Shown: positions 7,949-18,006, numbered from the stretch's first letter. The stretch: DNA of 64,000 nt from Woeseia sp. (GCA_040904985.1 JBBDSK010000271.1:486-64485); one strand, 5' to 3'. The notes: a model not told the origin generated them from the letters alone. Translations and numbers: made by a program.

Positions 7949-9843
7949 CGGACCCAGGGCTTCATGTACTCCGGCAACGGCGGCGGTCCCTTGAAGACAA
8001 AGCGATTTTCGAGCGGCTTGCTCGGCCAGGTCGTCGGCCCCGCCGCCGGCACGCCGACTTCGGCCGCCAGGCTCGGCAAGAGATGCGCCGTCCTGCCTCC
8101 GATTACCGTCATCAAAACCTTCACCTGGGGAATCTCGTCGACGGGGACCGTCAGGAGATCACGGTCCAGCACGACGAAATCCGCGAGCTTTCCGCGCTCC
8201 AGCGAGCCGAGCCGGTCCTCGCGCAGCACGTAATAGCTGCCCCAGGTCGTCAACGCCTTGAGCTGGGTCATCAGATCGGTTCCCTCCTCGGGCGCCAGCG
8301 TACGGTCGATGGCGGAGTTGTAGCGCGTCATACCAACCATAAGGTTGTAGAACAGGTAATGCGGCAGCGCGCGGTCGACTTCCTGGCTGTTCATGATTCC
8401 GGCATCGGTCACGCTCTTGCGCGGGACGGTGAGATGCAGGTTTTCCTCACCGTAATTGCGCAGGCGGTACGACGCGTCGTAACCCGTACGGTTCTCCCAC
8501 AAAACGGTATTGATCATACTGACCATCATCCCCAAGCGCTTGATGCGCGGGATCTGGTCCGGCCGCGGCGCGCCGGAGGCGTGATCGAAGCCGTGCCGGC
8601 GCTCCCGAATGTCATCCAGCGACAGACCTGCTTCGACGCTGCGAGTCTCAATGACGTCGAGCAAATGATCGATGTCGAGGTCGCCGCCGGAATGCATGGC
8701 AGCGACCCGACCGCCGCTGCGGACAATGTCTTCCTTCACCCGACGACCGTCATCGCCCGGCTCCAGCCGACAGTTTTCCTGCGCCTTGACCCGTTCTGAC
8801 GCGGGCAATGTAGTGCAGGTACCGCCCGAACGCTCGCCGTGCGCGCCAATATTCCAGAGGTAGTCGGAGCCGTTCCCCAGCAGCGCCGAGATCAGGCGAA
8901 TGGTGTGGTAGTGCAGATCCGGACCGGTATAGCTCCAGGCAAAACGCCCCGGCATGCTTTCTTCCTCGTCGAGCAGCCGCAGCGCGTTGAGGTTGCCGAT
9001 CGTGTACGGCGACGAGCCGTAAACTGTCACGCCGTGAGCCGCCCATAGCTCCATTTCCGACTTGAGGAGTTCGGCGTTGAGCTCGACCTTGTTGTGCAAC
9101 ATGACATCGGGTTCGAGCTGTCGACCGGTGGGGCCCCGGTTGCCGCGCCCCTCGACCTCCTGATCGGGAAATACCCTCGCCACTTCCTCCAGCGCCCGCG
9201 TATTCACCAGACCGTCCACCCAGCTGTTCTTGATTCGCACCGGATTGTCCGGCGCCAGGTCGTCGAGCCGTTCGCGACTAATCTGCGGCAGGAACTTCGG
9301 AAAGAGCTCCGGCATATTCTCGAAGTTCGAACCCCAGTCGGAACTGAGCAGGATCCATTGACCCGGCCTGGCTTCCCGCACAGCGTCCTGCAGCGCCGCT
9401 TCCCAGCCCGCCAGCTGAGTCGCCGCATCGCCTTCGAGAAAGCGCACCACGATATGCTCGTTGCCCTCGGGAAAGACGTGCGCCAGCGCGCTGGGTTCCG
9501 TCCACGCCCAGTCGGTCGGGTGCTCGTGCGTCAGAATGAAGCCGGGCAACACGGTGCGGCCTGCGAGATCGAGCTGCCGAGTTTCGGGGCCGGCGAGGGC
9601 GCGCACCTGCACATCGGATCCGACGAGCAGAATCTTGTCGCCGCGTATAGCCATGGCTTCCGCCACGGTACCGGGACTTGATGAGAATGACGGGTCGTCC
9701 ATGGTCACGATCTTGGCGTTGTGCACGATCATGTCCGGATAACCGAGGATCGCCGCCACCGAATTGTCCTGCGCCAGACAGACGGCAGAGCTTGATAGCA
9801 GTCCAATCGCCAGCGTAATTTTTCTGAAATTCATCCGTTCCAT
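7945..9843 (-). CDS. Amidohydrolase-3 (YtcJ-like) family metal-dependent hydrolase, secreted
   Basis: 632 aa. Signal peptide: MNFRKITLAIGLLSSSAVCLAQ. Motifs: IVTMDD...AMAIRGDKILLVGS, VLPGFILTHEHP, and C-terminal GSLERGKLADFVVLD. Confidence 0.85.
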   Translation of the reverse strand: MERMNFRKITLAIGLLSSSAVCLAQDNSVAAILGYPDMIVHNAKIVTMDDPSFSSSPGTVAEAMAIRGDKILLVGSDVQVRALAGPETRQLDLAGRTVLPGFILTHEHPTDWAWTEPSALAHVFPEGNEHIVVRFLEGDAATQLAGWEAALQDAVREARPGQWILLSSDWGSNFENMPELFPKFLPQISRERLDDLAPDNPVRIKNSWVDGLVNTRALEEVARVFPDQEVEGRGNRGPTGRQLEPDVMLHNKVELNAELLKSEMELWAAHGVTVYGSSPYTIGNLNALRLLDEEESMPGRFAWSYTGPDLHYHTIRLISALLGNGSDYLWNIGAHGERSGGTCTTLPASERVKAQENCRLEPGDDGRRVKEDIVRSGGRVAAMHSGGDLDIDHLLDVIETRSVEAGLSLDDIRERRHGFDHASGAPRPDQIPRIKRLGMMVSMINTVLWENRTGYDASYRLRNYGEENLHLTVPRKSVTDAGIMNSQEVDRALPHYLFYNLMVGMTRYNSAIDRTLAPEEGTDLMTQLKALTTWGSYYVLREDRLGSLERGKLADFVVLDRDLLTVPVDEIPQVKVLMTVIGGRTAHLLPSLAAEVGVPAAGPTTWPSKPLENRFVFKGPPPLPEYMKPWVR

Positions 9844-10272
9844 TCCCGTACGTCAATGCCAGTCAGTCCGCTTCTACCAGAGGCATTGCTGCCGCTACAA
9901 GAATTCTTTGGTTGCAAATGAAATGAAGATCAGCGCAGCGGCCTCAGACGCAAATGTTTTTCAATGAGATCAGACATACTCATCAACTGATCGCGCACGG
10001 TCAGCCGGTTCGTAATTCATGCCTCCGAAGCCCCACTCGAGGCCAACGGCGGATATACGAACGATGTCTTCGGAAATTGCCGGGCCCAGATCCGGCCTCG
10101 ACAGAACGGCGCGTGATGTCTCGACGATCTGGTCATGAGAAACGGTTGAGGAGGCGTCCGGTCCTGAGAATGGGTCAGGGGAGACCAGAAAAAACCACGA
10201 TAGCCACGGACGTATCGGCAACGCCCGTATTCCTTATCCCTGGTCAGGAGACACTCCTGCTCCTTCGCTCCC

Positions 10273-11652
10273 TCAGTGAATCGGCATTCCGGATGGCTCA
10301 TCGAGGGCCAGTACCGTATGCAGCAGCACCGTAGCGCCCCTCGCCATGTCCCCGGCGCTCGTGAATTCCCGCGGCGAGTGGCTGACGCCGCCCACGCTGG
10401 GGACGAAAATCATTCCTGTCGGTGCGATGTGCGTCATGTCCTGCGCATCGTGGCCCGCGCCGCTTGGCATGCGGACCGAAGTCAGGCCAAGTGCCGTCGC
10501 AACATCGGCAATCAGGTCTCTCATGCGTTCGTCAGTCGGCGCCGGCGGCGATGCGACATCGATTTCCCGGAAATCCACACGGCTGCCTCGCTGGTCGGCT
10601 ATCGCGTTTATCTCATCCGCAATAGCATCGAACACGCGCTCGATCTTGTCGGATGAGAGATCGCGTATTTCGAGGCTCATGATCACGCGTCCCGGAATTA
10701 CATTGGGAGCGCCGGGCTCGGCACGGATGCGCCCAACCGTCGCAACCTGTCGGCCTTCCATCGTGTTGGCCACGTTATTGACGGCCAGAACCATCTCTGC
10801 GGCGGTGACCATGGCATCGTTGCGCCGGTTCATAGGCGTCGTGCCGGCGTGATTGGCGACACCATCGACCACCACGTCCCACCAGCGGATGCCCACTATG
10901 CCTTCGACGACGCCGATGTCGACGTCGTTTTCATGGAGAAACGCGCCCTGCTCGATGTGCAATTCGACAAAAGCATACAGTTCACCCGGCTGCAGCAGGG
11001 GCTCGCCCAGTCGGTCAGGATCACCACCCACCCGGCGCATGCCCTCGCGGACTGTGAGGCCGCTGTGTGTTACCACATCGAGCGCTGCCTCACTTAGCCC
11101 GACCGTCATCGCGCGGCTGCCGGTAAGGCCGCCTTCTTCATCGGTGAAACTCACGACCTCCAGCGGGTGGCGGGTGGTCACACCGTTTTCCTTCAGCACC
11201 TCGATGACTTCAAGGGCGCCTATTACCCCTACGTTACCGTCATAGTTGCCGCCTCCCGGCACGGAATCGATATGAGAACCGAACATGATCGGCACGCGGC
11301 CCGGATCCGCACCTTCGCGCCGCCCGATGATGTTTCCGGCCGCATCCACGCGCACTTTCAGGCCCGCATCGCGCATCAGATCCTGGACGTAATTTCGCGC
11401 CTCGATGTCCGCATCGCTAAAAGCCACGCGGCTGACGCCGCCTTCGGGATCGGCGCCGTAGCGGGACAGCTCGACAATGCGAGATTCCATTCGTTCTCCA
11501 CTGGCCCGCAACGCAGCGCGCTCGACGTCCGCGGCATCGGCGATACTGAACAGGAGGAATGCTGTGAGAAGCAGGAAGTGTGACCTGCCGTGGTAGCGAC
11601 GGACGGTAATGCACTCCGCGCGGGAACCGGGAAACCGCCAGGTTGTATCCAT
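10273..11652 (-). CDS. M20-family amidase (allantoate amidohydrolase / N-carbamoyl-L-amino-acid hydrolase type)
   Basis: Motifs: MFGSHIDSVPGGGNYDGNVGVIGALEVIEVL, SFTDEEG, PSGAGHDAQ. The ATG overlaps the upstream TAA stop (TAATG). There is a signal-like segment HFLLLTAFLLFSIADA. Confidence 0.85.
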   Translation of the reverse strand: MDTTWRFPGSRAECITVRRYHGRSHFLLLTAFLLFSIADAADVERAALRASGERMESRIVELSRYGADPEGGVSRVAFSDADIEARNYVQDLMRDAGLKVRVDAAGNIIGRREGADPGRVPIMFGSHIDSVPGGGNYDGNVGVIGALEVIEVLKENGVTTRHPLEVVSFTDEEGGLTGSRAMTVGLSEAALDVVTHSGLTVREGMRRVGGDPDRLGEPLLQPGELYAFVELHIEQGAFLHENDVDIGVVEGIVGIRWWDVVVDGVANHAGTTPMNRRNDAMVTAAEMVLAVNNVANTMEGRQVATVGRIRAEPGAPNVIPGRVIMSLEIRDLSSDKIERVFDAIADEINAIADQRGSRVDFREIDVASPPAPTDERMRDLIADVATALGLTSVRMPSGAGHDAQDMTHIAPTGMIFVPSVGGVSHSPREFTSAGDMARGATVLLHTVLALDEPSGMPIH

Positions 11653-13268
11653 TACTGATCGTCCGCCGCCAGCGCATAGAGAAAATCGACGTAGGATTTT
11701 TCGATCTCGGCCAGTCCGGCAACCGCCGATCCCTCGCGCGGGTAAATCAGCATGATCTCGTTCGGCGCATGTGCGCCGGTACCGAAGCCGATGCCATACG
11801 GCACCATGGGAATGCCGAGCCGTTCGGTGAACTGGTAGAACGGCGCACTGCCGGCGATGCGCGGCATGAGAGTAACCTCTGCGGCATATTTGTTGCCGAC
11901 GCTGATGGCGGCCCGCACCATGTCGGTGTCGACGGAAGTCTGCGCCGCCGGATACGAACTTAGCACGCGCATGTCGATGTCCTCGAAACCGTTTGCATCA
12001 AGATGCGCGCGAATCTTTGCCAGCGCCTCCTCCGGATTTATTCCCGGCGGAAGCCGTGAGTCGACCTTTGCGGTCGCTTTGTGCGGCAGGATGGTCTTGA
12101 CACCCTCGCCCGTATAACCTGCCCAGATGCCGTCGATGTTGAGCGTCGGCATCAACAGCAATTCCATTTGCGCCTCTTCGCCGCTCATGCCGTCGATCCA
12201 CCGTTCCACGCCCAGCGACTGCTTAAGCTGCTCCTCGTTAAGGTTCTCGAGAACATTCTGCATCAGGCGCTGCTCTTCCTCGTTCATGGGACGGAGGTCG
12301 TCGTAGTAGTCCTCTATGAGTATCGTGTTGCCATCTGCAGTCGTCATTGAGGCAAGCGCCTGTATCAGGCGCCACACCGGAGAGTCGACGCCCGCTTTGT
12401 ACGATCCGTGAATTTCCGCTTCAGTGGGGCCGCCCTGCGGCCCGCCGCGCGCCTCGAGCTCGAAGTAAATGATCCCCTTGACGCCCAGGATCATTGACAG
12501 CACGCCGTCAGGCCGCTGCGAGTTGAACGGAAAAATGGCGCCGACCGCCTCCTGCAGCCTGTGCTCATACTTATCGATGATCTGCGGGTAATGAGGCGAA
12601 CCGAGCTCCTCTTCGCCTTCCGCCGCAACCATCAGGTTGACCGGCAATTTACCGTCAACTGCAAGGATCGACTGCACGGCGTTGAGAAAGGCACGTTGCG
12701 GCCCTTTCTGGTTGGTAGCACCCCTGCCCATCAGCACCGTACCCAGTTCGTGGTCGACGAGCGCAGCCTCGAAGGGCGGGCTTTTCCAGTCGGCCGGGTC
12801 GACTGGCTGAACGTCGTACATCATGTACAACATCAGCGTCTTTTCGGCACCGGCATCGTAGTAACCCCACACACCCGGGTGCCCGTCCGTCGGTACCAGT
12901 TCCGCCTCCGCGAAGCCCAGCGTCTTCAGGTCATCGCGCAGCAGTCGGGCCATTTCCACGATGCCCTCGTTTTGTGCACTGATCGATGGCTGGCGAACCC
13001 AGCGCTGGATGTTGGCAATATGCTCGTCGAGGTTGGCATCGATATGTGCATAGACGGAGGTGTGGGCGCCGGGATACCGAGCGACGCTATCCGCAGAAAA
13101 GCTGCCACTGACGTCCAGCCGAAACTCCGGCCGCCGGGTATCGGCACTGGACATCGGGTCAGCGGCGGCCGGCTCCGCCCGCTCGATTGTGGTAGCAGGA
13201 TCGCCGGCCGGCTGGCATCCACTGCAAATTACCAGCGCCGTCATCATGAGTAACCATTGTCTGGACAT
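11652..13268 (-). CDS. M20/M25/M40 family dipeptidase-like lipoprotein
   Basis: Track ORF trimmed to ATG 13268 (MSRQWLLMMTALVICSGC, a lipobox), with GGGAGA upstream. Motifs: MMYDVQPVD, MGRGATNQKG, AAEGEEELGS. Confidence 0.85.
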   Translation of the reverse strand: MSRQWLLMMTALVICSGCQPAGDPATTIERAEPAAADPMSSADTRRPEFRLDVSGSFSADSVARYPGAHTSVYAHIDANLDEHIANIQRWVRQPSISAQNEGIVEMARLLRDDLKTLGFAEAELVPTDGHPGVWGYYDAGAEKTLMLYMMYDVQPVDPADWKSPPFEAALVDHELGTVLMGRGATNQKGPQRAFLNAVQSILAVDGKLPVNLMVAAEGEEELGSPHYPQIIDKYEHRLQEAVGAIFPFNSQRPDGVLSMILGVKGIIYFELEARGGPQGGPTEAEIHGSYKAGVDSPVWRLIQALASMTTADGNTILIEDYYDDLRPMNEEEQRLMQNVLENLNEEQLKQSLGVERWIDGMSGEEAQMELLLMPTLNIDGIWAGYTGEGVKTILPHKATAKVDSRLPPGINPEEALAKIRAHLDANGFEDIDMRVLSSYPAAQTSVDTDMVRAAISVGNKYAAEVTLMPRIAGSAPFYQFTERLGIPMVPYGIGFGTGAHAPNEIMLIYPREGSAVAGLAEIEKSYVDFLYALAADDQ

Positions 13269-13478
13269 CTCGCTGTCTCCCTCGCTCGCCGCCCCCTTCG
13301 ATTTTGAGGCGCTTCGTTGTTGTTTTTCCAGGCAGAAGGGTAACTTACCAAGGGGCGAAGAGCCTATTGCCGGAAGCGCGAAGGGGCCGGGGACGCGGCT
13401 TGCCGGAAGCCGGAATGGCCTGAAACACGAAATAATGGAATGATAAGCGTCCGAGCCGACAATCATCGGATACAAAAC

Positions 13479-15122
13479 ATGGGCGCGCTGAGCAAACTTC
13501 TTCTGCTGGTTATTCTTTCATCGTTACTTGCGGCAGCCCCGCAGGCGCTGGCCGCGCAATCGCCCGGGAAGGCTCCGTTGATCCTCGGCGTTCTGGACTT
13601 TCCGACGTCCGGCGCGCCGGGGGCGCAGGATGCTTTCGCGCGCGGCGTCATGCTGCTGCACAGCTTCGAGTACGAAGATGCGCGCAGCGCCTTTCTCGAA
13701 GCCCAGGCGATCGATCCCGGGTTCGCGATGGCGATCTGGGGTGAGGCGATGACGCTCAACCACCCGCTGTGGAACCGGCAGAACCGGACGGAAGCGCTCG
13801 AGGTGCTCGCCAAGCTGCCGCCGCCCGATGTGCGCAAAACAACAGCGCTCGAGGAGCGTTTTATCGACGCCGTGGAGAGGCTCTACGGGCCTGGCAGCAA
13901 GATCGACCGCGATCTCGCCTACCGCGAGGCGATGGCCGAAATGCACGCGGATTACCCGAACGACCTGGAAGTCGCGGCGTTTCATGCGTTGTCGATTCTC
14001 GGCTCTGTCTACGAGCGGGATTACCGGACCTACATGCAGGCCGCAGCCATTGCCGAGCAGGTTTTTGCGAAGGAACCGCAGCACCCCGGCGCGGCGCATT
14101 ACCTGATTCACAGCTACGACGATCAGATACACGCTCCGCTGGGCCTGCGCGCTGCGCGTGCCTATAGCGACATCGCGCCGTCGGCAGCGCACGCGCAGCA
14201 CATGGTGTCGCACATTTACACGTCGCTCGGGCGCTGGGACCAGGTTGTGGAGGCCAACCGAACGGCGGTCCGTGTTTCCGAGGAAAGCATGCTTCGGGCG
14301 GGACGACCCAAGCACATGCGCAACAAGCACTCGCTGCACTGGCTCGAATACGCCCTGCTGCAGCAGGGCCGGTACGAGGATGCAAGGGAGACACTGCAGA
14401 TCATGCGCGAGGACGTCGAGGCATTGCCCGACGCGTCGAATGCGCGGCACAGCGCAATGATGCGGGCGAGTTTCGTGGTTGAGGATTCGCTAGTGGACAG
14501 CGTGCTGGCGCCGCTCGGCGAGATTGACGCCCCACTCTATTACAAGGTGATGGACGACTTCGCATCGGCCTGGATCATGTTTGCCAAAGGCTCGCACGCA
14601 GACGCGCGACAGGTGCATGCACGCATGCAGCGCCGGCTGGCCGAAGCCAAAGTGCTGACCGTCGAGGAAGGCTTGCACGAGACTGAAAGCGCCACATCCG
14701 CGGACGACTTCCTGATGGCGGGCATCGTCGCCCGCGAGGTCGAAGCGTTGTTGGCTTTCGCTGCAGGCCACCCCGCGCGGGCACTCGAGCTGCTCGGCGA
14801 GGCAGTTGAAGACGAAACCGGTCGGCCGCCCTACTACGGCCCGCCGCACATACCAAAGCCCTCGGATGAACTCATGGGCGAAATGCTGCTGGCACTGGAC
14901 CGCCCGGCAGAGGCGGCTGCGATGTTCGAGCAATCGCTCGCCCGCAATACGAACAGGACCTTATCCCTGGTTGGGCTTGCGCGGGCGCGGGACGCCGCGG
15001 AGGATCCACGGGCCGGCGAAACCTGGGCGCGGATCGAGGCGCAGTGGCGCAACGATCCGGAGGCAATTCGCGCGATCAGCTACCCCTGGCTGCCGCAGGT
15101 TCGCCCTAATCCGGCACCCTGA
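13479..15122 (+). CDS. Secreted TPR-like repeat protein
   Basis: Trimmed to MGALSKLLLLVILSSLLAAAPQALA (signal peptide). TPR-like helices, for example YEDARSAFLEAQAIDPGFAMAIWGEA and GRYEDARETLQIM. Confidence 0.65.
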   Translation: MGALSKLLLLVILSSLLAAAPQALAAQSPGKAPLILGVLDFPTSGAPGAQDAFARGVMLLHSFEYEDARSAFLEAQAIDPGFAMAIWGEAMTLNHPLWNRQNRTEALEVLAKLPPPDVRKTTALEERFIDAVERLYGPGSKIDRDLAYREAMAEMHADYPNDLEVAAFHALSILGSVYERDYRTYMQAAAIAEQVFAKEPQHPGAAHYLIHSYDDQIHAPLGLRAARAYSDIAPSAAHAQHMVSHIYTSLGRWDQVVEANRTAVRVSEESMLRAGRPKHMRNKHSLHWLEYALLQQGRYEDARETLQIMREDVEALPDASNARHSAMMRASFVVEDSLVDSVLAPLGEIDAPLYYKVMDDFASAWIMFAKGSHADARQVHARMQRRLAEAKVLTVEEGLHETESATSADDFLMAGIVAREVEALLAFAAGHPARALELLGEAVEDETGRPPYYGPPHIPKPSDELMGEMLLALDRPAEAAAMFEQSLARNTNRTLSLVGLARARDAAEDPRAGETWARIEAQWRNDPEAIRAISYPWLPQVRPNPAP

Positions 15123-15212
15123 ATGTCCTGCCAGCACACCATCTCGACGAAATACCTGGATCTCCAAGGCTGATCTTCCCGGTAAAGAATCGCCAGCACA
15201 CCAGCCTGCCCT

Positions 15213-16700
15213 TCAGGGCGCGATATTCTGGTTCACGTTGAAGAAATTGTCGGGGTCGTATTTTCGTTTCACTTCGCGCAACCGCTCCAGGTTAGCCTGG
15301 TAGGTGGCGCGTACCCGCTCGGCGCTTTCGTCGTCCATCATGTAGTTGACATAGCCCGCGCCCGTCGCATACGCCTTCAGTTGATCGCCGAAGCTGCGTG
15401 TCCAACCGATGTTTGCCGCATCGTCCGCCGCATCGCTCCAGCCGTTCATTACCGACACGTTGTACTTCGCAGCACGGTTCGAAAATGCCGTCTCATGGTC
15501 GCCCACCCGGGCGACGGCGCCGCCCATGTGCTCGATCAGGATCAGCGACTGCATGTTGGGCAGTCCATCGACCGTTCGCGCATGAATAATGTCGATCACG
15601 TCGTCATGCAGGTCCGTCATGAAATTCGACCGCCAGTAATTTCGATTGCCGGCCGGCGAGCCCGCATCGAACATCGTCTGCAGCGAGGAATAAGGCAGGG
15701 GCGCGATGGATCCGAGGGCAGGTGTGGCGAAAGAATCGATCGGACTGAGCGCCCGCTTGCCCTCATTGACCGGTCCGCTGTGGCAGACGCCGATCCAGCC
15801 GGCGCTCTGGCCTTCGACCGGGCTGCCGGGCGGCCCGTACAGCACGCCGGCCATGGTCGTCACTGAGTCGGGTGCGTTCGCCGTGAACTCCTTGAAGAAA
15901 TGGAGCATGTCCTCGAGTTTGTCTTGCGGGTAGATTGCCAGTCCGCCGATGACAGGTTCCAGTTCATGCAGCCCGAACTCGAACGAGGTCACGACGCCGA
16001 AATTGCCGCCGCCGCCGCGTAATGCCCAGAACAGGTCGGGATTTTCCGTCGCGCTGGCCGTGAGAAACCGCGCGTCCGCAGTCACGACGTCCGCCGAGAC
16101 GAGATCGTCGCAGGCGAGCCCATGCTTCCGCATCAGCCAGCCGAGGCCGCCGCCGAGCGTGAGCCCGCCAATGCCGGTCGACGATACGGTGCCACCGGTG
16201 CAGGTTAGATCGAACGCCAGCGTCTCGTGATCGAAATCGGCCCAGGTCGCACCGCCCTCGGCACGAGCGGACTTCTTTACGGGGTCGACCCGCACGGCGC
16301 GCATCTGCGACAAATCCATCATGATGGCACCGTCGCGCGCAGCTTTGCCGGAGACACTGTGACCGCCACCGCGTACAGAAATGGGGTGATTGTTCTCGCG
16401 CGCATACTCGACGAGATTGACGACGTCCGCAACGCCGCCGCAACGTGCAATGGCGGCCGGGCGTTTGTCGATCATGCCGTTCCACAGTTGCCGCGCTGAA
16501 TCGTAACCACCGTCTGCCGGCATCAGGGTCTCGCCCCGCAGAACAGCGCCAAGACCTTCCAGCGTCTTGCCGCCGGTGGCTGCCGCCTGCGAAGCCGCCT
16601 GGGCCAGTAAAGCGGAAGGCGAGCCGATCATCGCCAGCCCGCCCAGCGCCGCACCGCGGGCGAGCAAGGCTCTTCTTGTCAGGTACCGGTGATCCCGCAT
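15213..16700 (-). CDS. Tat-exported FAD-linked oxidase (PCMH-type FAD binding plus BBE domain)
   Basis: Trimmed to MRDHRYLTRRALLARGAALGG (twin-arginine signal), with AGGAGA upstream. Motifs: ISVRGGGHS, and the C-terminal BBE-like YVNYMMDDE...KRKYDPDNFFNVNQNI. Confidence 0.85.
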   Translation of the reverse strand: MRDHRYLTRRALLARGAALGGLAMIGSPSALLAQAASQAAATGGKTLEGLGAVLRGETLMPADGGYDSARQLWNGMIDKRPAAIARCGGVADVVNLVEYARENNHPISVRGGGHSVSGKAARDGAIMMDLSQMRAVRVDPVKKSARAEGGATWADFDHETLAFDLTCTGGTVSSTGIGGLTLGGGLGWLMRKHGLACDDLVSADVVTADARFLTASATENPDLFWALRGGGGNFGVVTSFEFGLHELEPVIGGLAIYPQDKLEDMLHFFKEFTANAPDSVTTMAGVLYGPPGSPVEGQSAGWIGVCHSGPVNEGKRALSPIDSFATPALGSIAPLPYSSLQTMFDAGSPAGNRNYWRSNFMTDLHDDVIDIIHARTVDGLPNMQSLILIEHMGGAVARVGDHETAFSNRAAKYNVSVMNGWSDAADDAANIGWTRSFGDQLKAYATGAGYVNYMMDDESAERVRATYQANLERLREVKRKYDPDNFFNVNQNIAP

Positions 16701-16886
16701 CGTCTTTCTCCTTTTTTGCATCAGCGGCTGCCTCTGCGCGGCCAAGCCGGGGCTAGCCATCGGGCGTTGGATCATAATTTCCGTCTCAGGATAGTCACAG
16801 CAGCGATCTCGGACAACACAACAAGTCTGCTGAGGACCCCATTGGTCCAGGGCGCGCGCCCGCGCCTCCTTATTGTTACCTGCCGA

Positions 16887-17759
16887 CTAGCCTCTTTTTC
16901 TCAGGAACGCTTCTACGCGGCCGCGGTCGGGCAGCGATGGCTGGGCGCCGCGCACGGTCGTCGCCAGCGCCGCGGCGGCACAGGCAAAGGCCAGCGCGTC
17001 CTCCAGTGCCTGGTGCTCCACCATCGCCACCGCGAGCGCAGCGGTGAAGCAATCGCCGGCGCCGGTGGTATCGATGGCCTGTACACGCGGCGCGGCGGCG
17101 GCGGCCAGTTCTTCGCCGCCGCGATAGAGCCGCGCGCCGGCCGCACCAAATGTCACGGCTACCAGGCCCGGCCCGTCGTGCAAGGCGTCACCGAAAAAGG
17201 CGGCCTCGGTTTCGTTCACTACGATGAGGTGAGCGCGATGAAGGAGCGGTCGAGACACGCGCATTGCAGGCGCCAGGTTCAGGCATATGAGGCCGGGAAA
17301 GTTCGCGGCTGCGGTCTCCAAGGTGCGGATCGGTATTTCCAGCTGGGCCAGGAGCGCGTCGGCGGGCGGCAACGTGAGCGCGTCCGGAGCGAGTGCCCTG
17401 TTGGCGCCCGGCGCCACAACGATCTGATTTTCGCCGGCGGCGGAGACAGCGATGAGCGCGATACCGGTCGGGAACCCATGAGCCGCGCGGCATGCGGACA
17501 GATCTACGCCGGCAGCGCGCAGCAGCGCCAGCGCTTCGCCGGCCTCCGCGTCCTCGCCGACGGAGCCAATCAGCGCAGTGCGTGCTCCCAGACGGCAGGC
17601 CGCCAGCGCCTGGTTCGCTCCCTTGCCGCCGGGATAGCGGCGGATGTCTGCACCCGTCACTGTTTCCCCAGGCACGGGCAACCGCGGCACGCTTGCCACA
17701 ATGTCGAGATTCACCGAACCGAGCACAGCGATCGAAACGGAGTGGTTCGAATCGCTCAC
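16887..17759 (-). CDS. rbsK: Ribokinase
   Basis: Motifs: VLGSVNLDIV, PGGKGANQALA, NETE, DTTGAGDCF. The GTG start comes immediately after the TAG stop of the upstream fragment. Confidence 0.85.
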   Translation of the reverse strand: MSDSNHSVSIAVLGSVNLDIVASVPRLPVPGETVTGADIRRYPGGKGANQALAACRLGARTALIGSVGEDAEAGEALALLRAAGVDLSACRAAHGFPTGIALIAVSAAGENQIVVAPGANRALAPDALTLPPADALLAQLEIPIRTLETAAANFPGLICLNLAPAMRVSRPLLHRAHLIVVNETEAAFFGDALHDGPGLVAVTFGAAGARLYRGGEELAAAAAPRVQAIDTTGAGDCFTAALAVAMVEHQALEDALAFACAAAALATTVRGAQPSLPDRGRVEAFLRKRG

Positions 17760-17960
17760 CTAATAACGCCCGAGATAATCGGTAAGCAAATCGAAAAAGG
17801 CCTGTGCATCGACCCGGTCGATCAGCGCGAGCGGCACATTGCCGGCTACTGCCGTCACCCCCTGTATCGCCAGCGCTTCCGGCGCGGCCATGGCGAGGAG
17901 CAGATTGATGGCATCGTCCTGGCCGGGATTGCAATCGATGATTACCCGCTCGGCGCTCAC
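17760..17960 (-). pseudogene. Remnant of a nucleoside hydrolase (IUNH family): only ~45 homologous N-terminal residues remain
   Basis: 66-aa ORF MSAERVIIDCNPGQDDAINLLLAMAAPEALAIQGVTAVAGNVPLA..., then unrelated sequence and a stop. Full-length IUNH proteins are ~300 aa. The canonical DxDPGxDD motif reads DCNPGQDD here. Confidence 0.65.
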
Positions 17961-18006
17961 CGCGCAAAATTCCTGTCCATGCAGTCAACTTCTGTTGCTA
18001 GACGCC

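Noticed and set aside
9970-10221. 83-codon minus-strand ORF in the 429-nt gap inside the amidase operon (…SHDQIVETSRAVLSRPDLGPAISEDIVRISAVGLEWGFGGMNYEPADRA…).
   Set aside because: It has a TTG start, no recognisable family and no visible SD. Third-position GC (~59% by hand count) is lower than in neighbouring genes. It could be a real small protein or another gene remnant, but I cannot support either.
17744-17753. GGTTCGAATC, identical to the tRNA T-loop consensus.
   Set aside because: The flanking bases cannot form a T-stem or acceptor stem, and the site lies inside the first codons of rbsK. It is not a tRNA.
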